From assembly GCA_965234725.1 (NCBI GenBank), contig CBDDUX010000054.1:1-38376 (forward strand): a DNA stretch of 38,376 nucleotides, in the 5' to 3' direction. Source of the DNA: Thermoplasmatota archaeon (GTDB lineage: Archaea; Thermoplasmatota; Penumbrarchaeia; Penumbrarchaeales; Penumbrarchaeaceae). Each line of letters starts with the position of its first letter. Position 1 is the stretch's first letter. This document shows, piece after piece, positions 1-10,400 of the stretch. The translations under genes and the position numbers were made by a program. The notes below the pieces were generated by a model. That model was not told the DNA's origin and searched no databases. It was given only the letters and a program-made list of their open reading frames with translations.

Positions 1-621
1 ACTATCAATTGTTTTAAGGATGGATATGTTGATTCAAACACGACTATCACATTAGAGCTTATACTGAGCAATGATACATTTCCTGAAGATTCAAATGAAT
101 GGATTGATTCAGATGGTGATGGTTATGTTGATAATCGAGACCTATTCCCCGATAATCCATTCGAGTGGAAGGATACTGATTCTGATGGATGGGGAGACAA
201 TAGAGATATGTTCCCTGATGATCGATATGAGTGGTTTGATACAGATGGGGACGGATTTGGTGATAATGGCGATAGGTTCCCGAATGATCCTCAGGAGTGG
301 AATGATACAGACGAAGATGGATATGGAGATAATGGAGATGCGTTTCCATTTGACCTTTCAGCCAGTTTGGATTCTGACGGTGATGGATATCCGAATAGCT
401 GGAATCCAGGTAAAAATGAATTAGATTCAACAACAGGCTTAAAACTGGATGAATATCCAGATGATCCAAAAAAGTGGGAAAGTGAAGAAGATTGTTGTGG
501 ATTTCAATTCCAATGGGTTATTATTCTGGTCTTCCTTGTTTTAATTATTGCTATAGCTTCAATAATAATAATGAACAGAAGAAATTCAAATCACAATATA
601 TCACCTATCAATGAGGAGTGA
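1..621 (+). CDS. 5'-truncated surface protein with thrombospondin type-3-like Ca-binding repeats and a C-terminal TM anchor
   Basis: Frame +1 is open from base 1 (TINCFKDGYV...) to TGA at 619-621, so the track ORF 208..621 is only its tail. It has five DxFPxDxxEWxDxDGDGxGDN-type repeats, then hydrophobic WVIILVFLVLIIAIASIIIM and NRR. Confidence 0.85.
   Translation, partial: TINCFKDGYVDSNTTITLELILSNDTFPEDSNEWIDSDGDGYVDNRDLFPDNPFEWKDTDSDGWGDNRDMFPDDRYEWFDTDGDGFGDNGDRFPNDPQEWNDTDEDGYGDNGDAFPFDLSASLDSDGDGYPNSWNPGKNELDSTTGLKLDEYPDDPKKWESEEDCCGFQFQWVIILVFLVLIIAIASIIIMNRRNSNHNISPINEE
73..402 (+). repeat. Five tandem 22-codon (66 nt) TSP3-like coding repeats
   Basis: DTFPEDSNEWIDSDGDGYVDNR / DLFPDNPFEWKDTDSDGWGDNR / DMFPDDRYEWFDTDGDGFGDNG / DRFPNDPQEWNDTDEDGYGDNG / DAFPFDLSASLDSDGDGYPNSW. 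Confidence 0.85.
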
Positions 622-846
622 AATTGTTTATTGATTTGGTTTCCCTCTTTCGCCGAAGAAGGCAGAAGATTAGATTCGAATCCTTACATCCGCACTGCAA
701 TTATAAGATATGTTATAGACAAGTCCATAATGGTACGATTTTTAAGGTGACTCAAACTCTATCATAATAAAACATTGATATTCCCAAACTGTACAAATAT
801 TATCATATAATCTTGATGAAGGAATAAATGTAGAAGGTGAGAAGAT

Positions 847-2544
847 CTGAAAGAGTACAAGAGAAAGAAAACATTCTTGATCATTATAATGATCTCACTG
901 GTATTCTTATCGGGTATGTGCCTTTGGAGCCTTCTAATTGATTATTATAGAGCAGATACGATCAAAGGAGAACCTTTAGAACCAGAATTAAACCTGCTCA
1001 CGGAGGATCCCATTGTTGGCCGGGAAGTAAAATTCAATGTCAGCGGAATTCCTGATGGATCTTATTCCAAATGGTCGATTCCAAATGAGGGGGTAGTTCA
1101 TGAAGGTTCGGAAATGGAGCATGTATTTTCCAGTTCAGGTGAATTCCTTGTGATCGTGGAGAGTATGTTCGAGGGAAGGGATGCTTCAAGAAACCTAACA
1201 GTTTCTGTAAGAGACCTTTATTCACCTAATGCAGTCATCAGGTTGGAATATGAGAATCTTGATATTCTGATGGGTGAGGAGTTGATTCTAAACGGTTCTC
1301 TTTCCCATGATGAGGATGGTCATATCCTTTCATATGAATGGAACATAGAAAACAAAACCATATTTGGCAGAGAGGTAAAATATATTTTCAAGGAAGCAGA
1401 CGAGCATTGGATAGGATTGACCGTAATTGATAATGATGGACTGACTTCCACTTCATGGGAGCTTGTGAACGTCCTCTCCACCGAGGAACTTATCAGAAAC
1501 AACCTCTCATTGGAGGTTGAATTGGAGAAATCTTCTTTCTATGTGGATGATCCACTTAACCTCACTGTCAAGATCACCAACAATGGGAGCCGTGCTCTAA
1601 GTATCAATTCTTTCGGACTGGAAAATCTCATCATCAGTTTTTCAACGGAGTTCTATGGTTGGAAGACCGTTATATGCCAGTTCGATCTAAGTTCATTGGA
1701 TGGAGATCTTCTAGAAAACAGGACATGGAATAGTCCCGAGGAAAAGATCAAGATCGAAGCTAGTAAAAACCTTACTGCCCATATAGATCTCAGGAACTTC
1801 ACGATATATATGGGAGATCGGGGTGACGGTGAAGAATGGAGAACAATAGACTGGTTCATGGAAAGATATATGGATGTCTACTGGATCGATGCGAATCTCA
1901 ATGTCACCCTTGGTTTTATTCACGGAAACAATATCTTGGACACTATTGATTCACCATCTTTTAATATACATGTAGAATGGAAGCCTATTTACGAATTTAT
2001 AATGGACAGGCAGGTCGATAATGATACCGAAGAAGAAATTCTAGAATATGTTGAAATGTTGGATTATGTTAATATTTCTGGAAAAGAGAGATGGGTTTAT
2101 GAATGGGGAGCGAAGATGTCCTCTTTTATCGACAGATCAATGATCGCAGAGTATACTTCCAGGTATAACTCGCAGAAAAATTACACTGATTTTAAAACCC
2201 ATATTTTCTTTAACTATACAGCTTCGGTTCATCGTCTTAATAATTTTACCTTTGACCAAAATTCATTAGGTACAATATTTTATTATAACAATGGTAGCTC
2301 CCTTCCTGAAGGATATCATGGGAAGAATGTTAGGGAACCAGAGTGGGAATATAAAGACAATGATCTTCTCAACAATACGGACCTGAACAAAACAGATTGC
2401 TACATAGTGAAAATGAAATTTAGTTATTCTCTGATGTATGGACCACTGGGAGGAGAACTTTGGTATAATTGCCAATGGGTTGTTGTTACAGAAAACTTCC
2501 AATTGCTTTACATTCTTTCCGAACCACAACATGGTGTTTCTTGA
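847..2544 (+). CDS. N-terminally anchored or secreted PKD-domain protein
   Basis: The track gives a TTG start at 877. An in-frame CTG at 847 lies 6 nt after AGGTGA and restores a basic n-region (KEYKRKK) before the hydrophobic helix. There are two PKD-like units (HVFSSSGEFLVIV; LNGSLSHDEDGHILSYEW...LTVIDNDG). The C-terminal half is unassigned. Confidence 0.75.
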   Translation: MKEYKRKKTFLIIIMISLVFLSGMCLWSLLIDYYRADTIKGEPLEPELNLLTEDPIVGREVKFNVSGIPDGSYSKWSIPNEGVVHEGSEMEHVFSSSGEFLVIVESMFEGRDASRNLTVSVRDLYSPNAVIRLEYENLDILMGEELILNGSLSHDEDGHILSYEWNIENKTIFGREVKYIFKEADEHWIGLTVIDNDGLTSTSWELVNVLSTEELIRNNLSLEVELEKSSFYVDDPLNLTVKITNNGSRALSINSFGLENLIISFSTEFYGWKTVICQFDLSSLDGDLLENRTWNSPEEKIKIEASKNLTAHIDLRNFTIYMGDRGDGEEWRTIDWFMERYMDVYWIDANLNVTLGFIHGNNILDTIDSPSFNIHVEWKPIYEFIMDRQVDNDTEEEILEYVEMLDYVNISGKERWVYEWGAKMSSFIDRSMIAEYTSRYNSQKNYTDFKTHIFFNYTASVHRLNNFTFDQNSLGTIFYYNNGSSLPEGYHGKNVREPEWEYKDNDLLNNTDLNKTDCYIVKMKFSYSLMYGPLGGELWYNCQWVVVTENFQLLYILSEPQHGVS

Positions 2545-2879
2545 TTTTACAGATCATCCCATTCTCTCAGAGGTAGATTGTTGATATTCAAATACTTCAT
2601 GATTTCAATATTGTGAATAAAAAAAATCCGACAACTTCCTAAATCCCCCAAAAGAGGCATACATTTATGAATTTTTTATTAGTATCCTCAAGGGTTTTCC
2701 AGCGATTACTAGGGTCGTTTCCGACTTGCGCACGTTTTTCGCAAAAAAAATCATCTCATTGACTTGATATTCGTTCAAGAACGTGACGGTTCAGTGAGAA
2801 GGATTCCTTTACTGGATCCCATTTTCTTCCATTCAAGATAAGATAAGTTCAGTATCTCATTTCGAAGGGTCCTGGATCT

Positions 2880-5800
2880 TTATGCCTTTTTAGTGATCCT
2901 TGCCACTATGAAGACCGCTATCGCCAGACATATTATACCGATGATCAACAACAGGAGAATGCCCAGAACACTGCCAGATCCATCCGATTTATCCTCCGTC
3001 TTGGGTGTGGAGGAAATATCCTTGGGATCGCTGAAATCTTCGTTTCCGGGGAGCCTGTCCTTTCCAAGGTACTCCTGCAGATTGGTATAACCGTCCTGAT
3101 CGAGGTCCTCTGCCCCGTCCCTCCTGTCGATATCAAGACCATAGAGGTACTCCCACCAATCGGGCATTCCATCCCCATCGGAATCTGTGGTTTCGGTCAC
3201 GATCCTTGTCGCGACAGATCCTTCGTTCCAATTTCCCAGAGCATCCATCGATTCGACGTGGAAGCTGACGGACCCGATCTTCAGATCCGAGGTATCAAAA
3301 TCGATGTCGAAAGCATATGAACTTAGATCTGTTACCCTTTCTATCTCTCCTATCCCATCAACAGAGAAGATGACCTCACCCAGTCCAGAGGGGTCCTCAA
3401 CGGTCCCTCTGAATATGACGTTGTCTCCCCTGAGGACGATCTCCGGAAGGTCCACTATATCGATCACAGGACCGCTGGGATCGAAGAATAGCGAAAGATG
3501 GGATGTTTCCATATTCCCAACGCTGTCATAAGCTCTGATCGATAGGTCAAGGTCTCCTTCATCACTTGCAAGGTCCTCTCCGATCTCCAGCTCGAAATCC
3601 CCTCCTCCCCGAATGCTCCTTGTAACATCTTCGAAGTTGATCCCGTCAACGGACCATTCAAGGAGAGAGATACCGTTCTCATCCGTGACGGTCCCCTCCA
3701 AAGTGTATGGGGATGAAGGTCCGAACAGGACCGTTCCCGGAGAATATAGGGTTAGATCAGGGGCGATACCATCCAGTTCCACTTCGATCAAGGATCCGTA
3801 CGTGTTCCCTGATGGGTCCTCGGCCCTTACTTCAAGTTCATTGACACCGTTGGTTCCTCCGGTCGTTCCGGTGTTCCAGAGATACGTGAACTTCCCATCC
3901 CTCTGGATAAGGGAAGTGATGTCGGCAACCTTCCTGCCATCAACTATAAGGGAAACAGATTCCAAACCCACGTTGTCAGATGCGAATCCGTCAAGAGTAA
4001 TGATATCTCCAAGACGCCAGATGGTACCGTCATTCGGACTGTTCAGGTTGACAACCGGAGGCTCTCCTTCGATGATGTCCAGGTCGATCCTGGAACTTCC
4101 CTGGTTACCGGACGGGTCCTCTGCAATTATTGAGATGGAATGGTCCCCATATCCAATATTGGAGAGGTCCAGTAGTAGAGACCATGTTCCCTCCCGGGGC
4201 ACCTTCATATCAAAACTCTGGGTCCTGTCTCCGTCAACGATGTAGAAGAGTTTTTCAATTCTATGTGCATCCTCCGCCCATCCTTCTATTGTTATGGTAT
4301 CGTCATCGTGGTAAGGACCGGGTGTCACAGAATCTATTGATACTCTGGGACTGGTTGTATCAATGACAGTAAGATTCACTCTGTCGTAATAGGTGATATT
4401 GCCTGTTACGAGACGGCTCCAAATTGAATAATTGCCAGGAACTGAAGGAGCTTCAGCAATCTCTGCAATCCAGGGATAATAGTTACTACTTGGGTTGATA
4501 TCGGCAGGTATCCAAGTTGTTTGATCTTCTATCATGACATGAATACTATCGATTTGAGAAGCAGTGGTTGCAACACCTTTGATAGTCATATTACTCCCTG
4601 CCTCGAAGGTTTGATATCCGATATTGAACTCATTTTTAACTAGACCGTAGAAATCTATCGTTACGTTTACTGTCTTTACTGTTCTTTGAGAGAACTGATT
4701 ATCGAAGATAAGTGAATAATCCTTACCATCCCATAAAGGAAATTCGATGGAATCTCCGGTTGATCTGGGATTGAAATATGAGGCAATAAAAGGAGCTCCA
4801 GACCTATAGGCCTGCATGTTACTTGATTCGATTATCAATGCCGAGATATCTCCACTATCACCTTTATCCTCGAATGTATCTCCTGTGAATGGATTTCTCC
4901 CCCTGGTGATATGATCAACAACTGTAAAATTGATGCTGGCCTGTATATCATAATATCCATATTCATCATTCACGATTCCAATGGGTAGATCTGCAGCTCT
5001 GGGAAGTTCAAATTTTACAGCATACTCAGCACCTACGGTAGTGTTCATAGCTATCTCTTTGGGAGCAATGTTGGGATTCAGAGGGTCCTTCCCCAGATCC
5101 CCGCCATCGGATACACCCCAGTAGTTCCTCTGGTCCCCGACCATGAAGGAGAGTTTTCCGGTGTAGTCTGTTGTTGCGAAATTGGTAGTTGTCTTCAGGT
5201 CCTCGGCGTAAAAGTTCTCCGTCTTAAGCTCAACAAGTGTGCCATCGGCTGGAAGACCCGCCTGATCCACAACTTCCATTTCTATAGTGGAAACTTCGGT
5301 ATACTTATCGGTCACATCCCAGGTGTAGCCATCCCCTCTTTGGTTCCAGACTGTGGAAAGGGTCTTACCCCAGCCTTTCTCATATGCGGTAGGATTGTTG
5401 ATCATTCCATCCCAATGGACCCATTCTCCTAACCAGAATTCGTTCCACACATGGTCCTCTGCGGAATTCGAAGTTGGAACCACGGGGATCAATGCGGCCC
5501 TGGCAGCAGAGCTTCTCATATCTTGGTATTCCCCGCATCTTCCGATGCCCTTTTCGTATATCCTGACCGGTTGATTTGGCCGTTCATTGTCCGATGTGAA
5601 CGTCATGGATCGGTCGATCCAATTGTTGATCGCCTTGATGCCGTCGAGAAGTGTTTCCGTAGTGTTCAGAAGATCGGGTAGGAGTGGTTGTCCGGACTTG
5701 TTATTGACGAAGAACCAATCCCTCCAGAATTTCCCTTCAGGTGGAGGAACTCCATAATCCCTGTCCCTGGGCTGGTCTTCAGCATAATTATAATCCGGAT

Positions 5801-6425
5801 CGACATAGGTTGGTATCTCGTCTCCCAGGTCCGGGTGGACCACGAACCAGTAGTAGATATCCCTTGGAAGCTCCAGTTCCCCTTCGGTGGTGTTGTAAAC
5901 GATAGTTGTGTAGTCCTCTTTCTCAACAATTTCGGCATATGGGACAAGTTCATCATGGGAATAGACGAGTTCGGCGTTATCTGTGATGATCTGGGGGAAG
6001 AAATAATCGTTCATTATCGTCTCAACGGATAGATGTGCTGCAGTGAAGGCGATCTCATCAAGGGTTTCATTACCCTCAGCAGCCAGGATCTCATTGGCAA
6101 GGGCAACAGCTGGATTGGAGGGCAAGACCCTGAACTTCAGAAATAGGTCGTCGTGGATCCATGCGGGAACGATATCCAGAGCATCCCAGCATGGATCCGG
6201 TAGACCGTAATGACCGGTAGGAGATGGGATCTCACCATTGGTTCCATCAAGGAACACTCCATCGTCCTCTCCAGGCAGGATCTGCATCTCGAACTGATAG
6301 CTGTTGACAATGGTCCATATCGTAGAAGGACTCTCTTCCAGGACCTCCTCGCTTGAAGCCTGGAAAGGCAGAACAGCCATTGATAGAAGTATCAGACAAG
6401 CTGTTATCGAAACGAATTTCCTCAT
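2880..6425 (-). CDS. Secreted, C-terminally anchored transglutaminase-like (peptide:N-glycanase-like) enzyme with Ig-like domains
   Basis: 1181 aa, GGTGA before the ATG, signal peptide MRKFVSITACLILLSMAVLPFQA. Catalytic triad motifs are GRCGEY (Cys 5535-5537), DHVWNE (His 5451-5453) and WVHWD (Asp 5409-5411). It has repeated Ig-like units (AEDPSGN, AYDSVGN), a DSDGDGMPDWWE Ca-binding motif, a TM helix and a KKA tail. Confidence 0.85.
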   Translation of the reverse strand: MRKFVSITACLILLSMAVLPFQASSEEVLEESPSTIWTIVNSYQFEMQILPGEDDGVFLDGTNGEIPSPTGHYGLPDPCWDALDIVPAWIHDDLFLKFRVLPSNPAVALANEILAAEGNETLDEIAFTAAHLSVETIMNDYFFPQIITDNAELVYSHDELVPYAEIVEKEDYTTIVYNTTEGELELPRDIYYWFVVHPDLGDEIPTYVDPDYNYAEDQPRDRDYGVPPPEGKFWRDWFFVNNKSGQPLLPDLLNTTETLLDGIKAINNWIDRSMTFTSDNERPNQPVRIYEKGIGRCGEYQDMRSSAARAALIPVVPTSNSAEDHVWNEFWLGEWVHWDGMINNPTAYEKGWGKTLSTVWNQRGDGYTWDVTDKYTEVSTIEMEVVDQAGLPADGTLVELKTENFYAEDLKTTTNFATTDYTGKLSFMVGDQRNYWGVSDGGDLGKDPLNPNIAPKEIAMNTTVGAEYAVKFELPRAADLPIGIVNDEYGYYDIQASINFTVVDHITRGRNPFTGDTFEDKGDSGDISALIIESSNMQAYRSGAPFIASYFNPRSTGDSIEFPLWDGKDYSLIFDNQFSQRTVKTVNVTIDFYGLVKNEFNIGYQTFEAGSNMTIKGVATTASQIDSIHVMIEDQTTWIPADINPSSNYYPWIAEIAEAPSVPGNYSIWSRLVTGNITYYDRVNLTVIDTTSPRVSIDSVTPGPYHDDDTITIEGWAEDAHRIEKLFYIVDGDRTQSFDMKVPREGTWSLLLDLSNIGYGDHSISIIAEDPSGNQGSSRIDLDIIEGEPPVVNLNSPNDGTIWRLGDIITLDGFASDNVGLESVSLIVDGRKVADITSLIQRDGKFTYLWNTGTTGGTNGVNELEVRAEDPSGNTYGSLIEVELDGIAPDLTLYSPGTVLFGPSSPYTLEGTVTDENGISLLEWSVDGINFEDVTRSIRGGGDFELEIGEDLASDEGDLDLSIRAYDSVGNMETSHLSLFFDPSGPVIDIVDLPEIVLRGDNVIFRGTVEDPSGLGEVIFSVDGIGEIERVTDLSSYAFDIDFDTSDLKIGSVSFHVESMDALGNWNEGSVATRIVTETTDSDGDGMPDWWEYLYGLDIDRRDGAEDLDQDGYTNLQEYLGKDRLPGNEDFSDPKDISSTPKTEDKSDGSGSVLGILLLLIIGIICLAIAVFIVARITKKA

Positions 6426-6459
6426 GATATCACCAGGAACGATAATTAACGAAAGTAGT

Positions 6460-6520
6460 GTGACGTATAAAAAGCATTTTGGAGAGACACCGAAAGCTCC
6501 GAAGGCCTTTTTACAAACAA
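6460..6520. promoter_or_regulatory. Divergent promoter region with TATA-like boxes
   Basis: The minus strand reads TTTTTATA about 40 nt upstream of the 6425 start. The plus strand has TTTTTACAAA about 25 nt upstream of ATG 6541, which lacks an RBS and may be leaderless. Confidence 0.4.
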
Positions 6521-6540
6521 TGTGTTCCTGATACGTTCAC

Positions 6541-7410
6541 ATGGTCGACCCCCCAGTTTACAAGAACGTCTTTCAGAAGATGATGGAACTTTATAGTTTC
6601 CCCGGGAAGCCATCGGCAATCGAAAGGTACTGGGTGGCGGACCTGGAGGAGAACCAATATAAGAGACTTGAAGGGCCTGTAAACGATAAAAAACAGGAAT
6701 TCAACTCCCCACAAGAGGCCGGAGAGGTTATCAGGAGCTTCGCAAAAGCTTGCGGTGCGGACCTGGTGGGATTCACGAATATCACAGAGGACCTCATATT
6801 CAAAGGAGCTGAAGTGAAAGGAAAGTATGCCATCTCTCTCGGATTCGAGATGGATTACGATGCCATATATACAGCTCCGGACCCCCCTGCCGGGATCGAA
6901 GCACTCAGGGCCTACTGGAGGCTGGGGTGGATCGTGATGAAGGTCTCCGAGTTCATAAGGTCCCTCGGATACCAGGCCCAGGGACATCAGGTGAGGACCT
7001 TTCTCGGTGATCCCCCGACTGTCCTGCACACCCTCACTGCGATGAGGGCAGGTCTTGGAGAAGTGGGGAGGTCCGGGATCCTCATCACTCCTGAATTAGG
7101 ACCGAGGCTACGGGTTGGAACCGTCACAACTGAATTGGAACTCCCAATTTCAGGGGAGAGGACCTTCGGAGTTGATGAGTTCTGCTCCCACTGTACGATC
7201 TGTGCTGATAAATGCAAAGGTGAGGCCATTCCCTATGAGAAGAAAATTGAGAGAGGTGTCCTGAAATACACCATCGACTACGATAAATGCCTTCCCGAGT
7301 TCGCAAAGTACGATGGCTGTGGGATATGCATCAAGGTATGTCCTTTCAATAGAAAACCGGAGGAGATGGAGTGGTTCCTGAAGAGTGTTGAGAAAATGAG
7401 AACAGATTGA
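6541..7410 (+). CDS. Reductive dehalogenase / epoxyqueuosine reductase (RdhA/QueG) family cobalamin and 2x[4Fe-4S] protein
   Basis: Motifs GADLVGF and AGLGEVGRSGILITPELGPRLRVGTVTTEL; clusters FCSHCTICADKC and C-x9-CGICIKVCP. No Tat signal. Confidence 0.8.
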   Translation: MVDPPVYKNVFQKMMELYSFPGKPSAIERYWVADLEENQYKRLEGPVNDKKQEFNSPQEAGEVIRSFAKACGADLVGFTNITEDLIFKGAEVKGKYAISLGFEMDYDAIYTAPDPPAGIEALRAYWRLGWIVMKVSEFIRSLGYQAQGHQVRTFLGDPPTVLHTLTAMRAGLGEVGRSGILITPELGPRLRVGTVTTELELPISGERTFGVDEFCSHCTICADKCKGEAIPYEKKIERGVLKYTIDYDKCLPEFAKYDGCGICIKVCPFNRKPEEMEWFLKSVEKMRTD

Positions 7411-7416
7411 CCAATA

Positions 7417-10400
7417 TCATTTATTCTCTTCATCTGTAGAAGTTTGATTGGCATTTGCTGCAGGTAGCTCCTGTAATCTATTCACGGGAGGAGCTGCGAG
7501 CATGTTGTTATCGATCCTCTGTCTTCCGATTCCGGGAGGTCTTGAAGGAACATTGACACCTGGTTCCGGGTTCTCTTCCGGAGCTTCCTTCTTTTTCTTC
7601 CTGACAATGATTAGGACAACAGCTCCGGCAATAATGATCAGGATCACTATAATGAGAACGATGATGATAATCAGCCCACCGGATCCACCGTCTACTTCAT
7701 CCTTCTCTTCCTCGATTGTGAAGGACCAAATCTCTTCAGCCTCGTTCCCTGCCTTGTCGATAATTTTTATTTTTATGGTGTGATCCCCTGGTGGAAGCAT
7801 ATCCGTTTTGTATGAATCCCCAAGGACCTCGATATAGTCCCCCCCATCCAGGGAAATCATCACTTTCATATCACTCTGAGTGACATCCGTAACCGTCCAT
7901 GAAAATGAGGCAGTTCCATCCTTTCCAACTATCTTGTCCACCATCTGCAGAGTTGGATCCTCGGTATCGATCAGGACCTCTTTCGGGTAGTTGAGGATAT
8001 ACTGCCAACCCCCGATATCGATGACGGTGAGAGAGATCGTATGTGATCCGTCCTCCAGATCAATAGTGCATGAAGTATCGTTGATGTCCAGATCTATCCT
8101 GTTCCCATCGACGGTCAGATACATTGTTTTGATTCCAACATCCTCGTCTATTTCCCATTCCAGTGTTATCCGGGTACTATTCATTATCGAGATCGGATTT
8201 CCTTTCCAGACAGCTCTTGGTTCAGTGGTGTCCACAACGATCACTGTTGAGATCGATTCAAGGTTCCCGGCAAGATCGGTTGCGTCCAGAGTTACTTCGT
8301 ATCTTCCATCTTGATTCAATGTTATCGAGTAACTGTCTTTTCCCAAGACATCCTTTTGTTTCAATCCCTCGATGGTGATGAACATGCTTTCGATCCCGTA
8401 GTTATCATCACATTCCCATTCTATCTCGATCCCGGTCGATGTGAACACATCCATATCCAGGAATTCGAGTTCGGGAGGTGTGATGTCCACGATCACTTCA
8501 ATCTCCGCCTCATCTATATTACCGGCAAGATCGAATGCTCTGATGGAAATGGTATGCTCTCCTTCTGTCAGACCCAGTTCGGAAGAGGTTTCCAGTCCTT
8601 TGTGATCCCAGTCTCTTTCATCTATCTTCAGTTCGTAGTGATCGATCCCGTTGTTATCCACGGCATTCCATGATAGGTCCATCTTCCATGTGTTAATGTA
8701 ATTGATATCATCGACATCCAGGAAACCAACGGTGGGATCTTTGGTATCTTTGATGATCCGGAAATTGGACTGGATGTAATTTCCCACTTCATCCACAAGT
8801 TTCAGAGTGATGAGATATTCTCCATCCTTTGGGAAACTCATCTCGGATTCGTAGGATGTGCCGATCGAAGAGAATTCGCTGTCTGTTCCAACTCTCAGGA
8901 ACGCCTCGGACCAGATGAACTTCCCTCCGTAGGTCCATTCCAGATCGATTGTATCTGTATTGAAGACCGTTCCATTTGAAGGTGAAAGGACCTCTACTAG
9001 GTTCCCTCTTGAGACCTGAAATGAAACCTCATGAACAGTGGTATGCCCTGCTCCGTCCACGGCTTCCACGTAGAACTCATGATCTCCGTAATCAAGGACC
9101 TTCTCGAAGGAGAAGTCCCCGGCAACTTCGATCCATTCTCCATTGTCCAGCCTATATCCTGCGGAATCCAATCCAACTGTCTCGATTATCTTGCAGTCGA
9201 ATATTACGGTTCGGGTTGATATTGTAGATCCAGATGAAGGGCCGCTCAATTCAATCAACGGAGCTTTCCTGTCAACAGTGAATTCAACTTTCTCTGTTAT
9301 TTCCAACCCGAGGTCGTCGGTCAGCGTTACGGATACTAAATGAGGACCTTCATTCAGATCAAGATTTCTTGATCTCGTATCAGTAGAAAGAGTGATCTTC
9401 TTTCCATCTATCGTAAAATTCTGTTTGGCCACAGGGAAGTAATCCACAATGTCCCACTGGACCGGAACAGGATCGTATTCGAGGAAGTATCCATCCGATA
9501 ATGTGGTAAAAATCAGGACAGGATATGTCCTCTCAAGCTCGAGTTGAAGATTGTTTTGATTAAACAAACCATTATTATCAGTACATTTTATTGCTAAATT
9601 ATGAGTTCCTTCTTCAAGAAAAACGGATATTACATCCTTACCGGTCACATTCACTCTTGAACCGGATGAATTCCATTCAACCCTCCTGATTCCGAATTCA
9701 TCATATGTTTCCCATTTTATCCGGTTGTATGATCTGTTTACCTGTCCAGATGAATGCGAAGTGAATTCAATTTCCGGTTTATCTATGTCAAAATTTTTAT
9801 TTGTTACAGGAATCATATCCCGATTCCTCTCACTAATGTTGCAGGGTTTATCCACAACACCATTTCCATCCATGTCTGGTGTTAAATGGTGATCCCAGTA
9901 GTTTCCCACCTCAACGCTGTTCCAATCATTATCATAATAGGAAGTACCTTCATTGTTGACTCCCGCCTGAATTGAATCTCCGTCCTTTAAAAATATATTC
10001 TTCCAGATCTTATACCCATCGGATCTTATCAGATAAATTCCATATACCAAACTGTGGTTGAAAAAATTACCTGTGACATCACAATCTGAAGATTCCCATC
10101 CATGAATTCCATAATCACAATGATTAAAATAATTGTTTTTTATTATTAATCTATCTTTTTCAAGATAATCATCTCCTATAATCCTTACAGCTTTGTAACA
10201 AGAATGGAATGAATTATTATTAATCAGACCATAAATATATTCATATACGGAACTTGCAAGATTTAAACCTCCTTTATAAAAATAATTATCACTTATCATA
10301 CTCATATTTGACATTTTTTCAGGGGATAGATAGGAATTCATGAAGGTCGAATTATGAATTATTTGACTTCCAGTGACATCAGTTATTAAATTAAATTTAT

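Noticed and set aside
73-402. 66-nt periodicity resembling CRISPR spacing
   Set aside because: The repeat is conserved at protein level (TSP3-like) and degenerate at DNA level, inside an open reading frame.
640-700. GATTCGAATCC resembling a tRNA T-loop, next to a small GCC-GAAGAA-GGC hairpin
   Set aside because: No cloverleaf, acceptor stem or anticodon arm could be built.
2545-2879. Possible ncRNA or terminator in the convergent intergenic gap
   Set aside because: Only A/T runs that could act as archaeal terminators; no convincing structure to call.
3187-4245. Plus-strand ORFs of 114 and 210 aa inside the 2880-6425 gene
   Set aside because: Ser/Pro-rich antisense shadows with no independent coding evidence.
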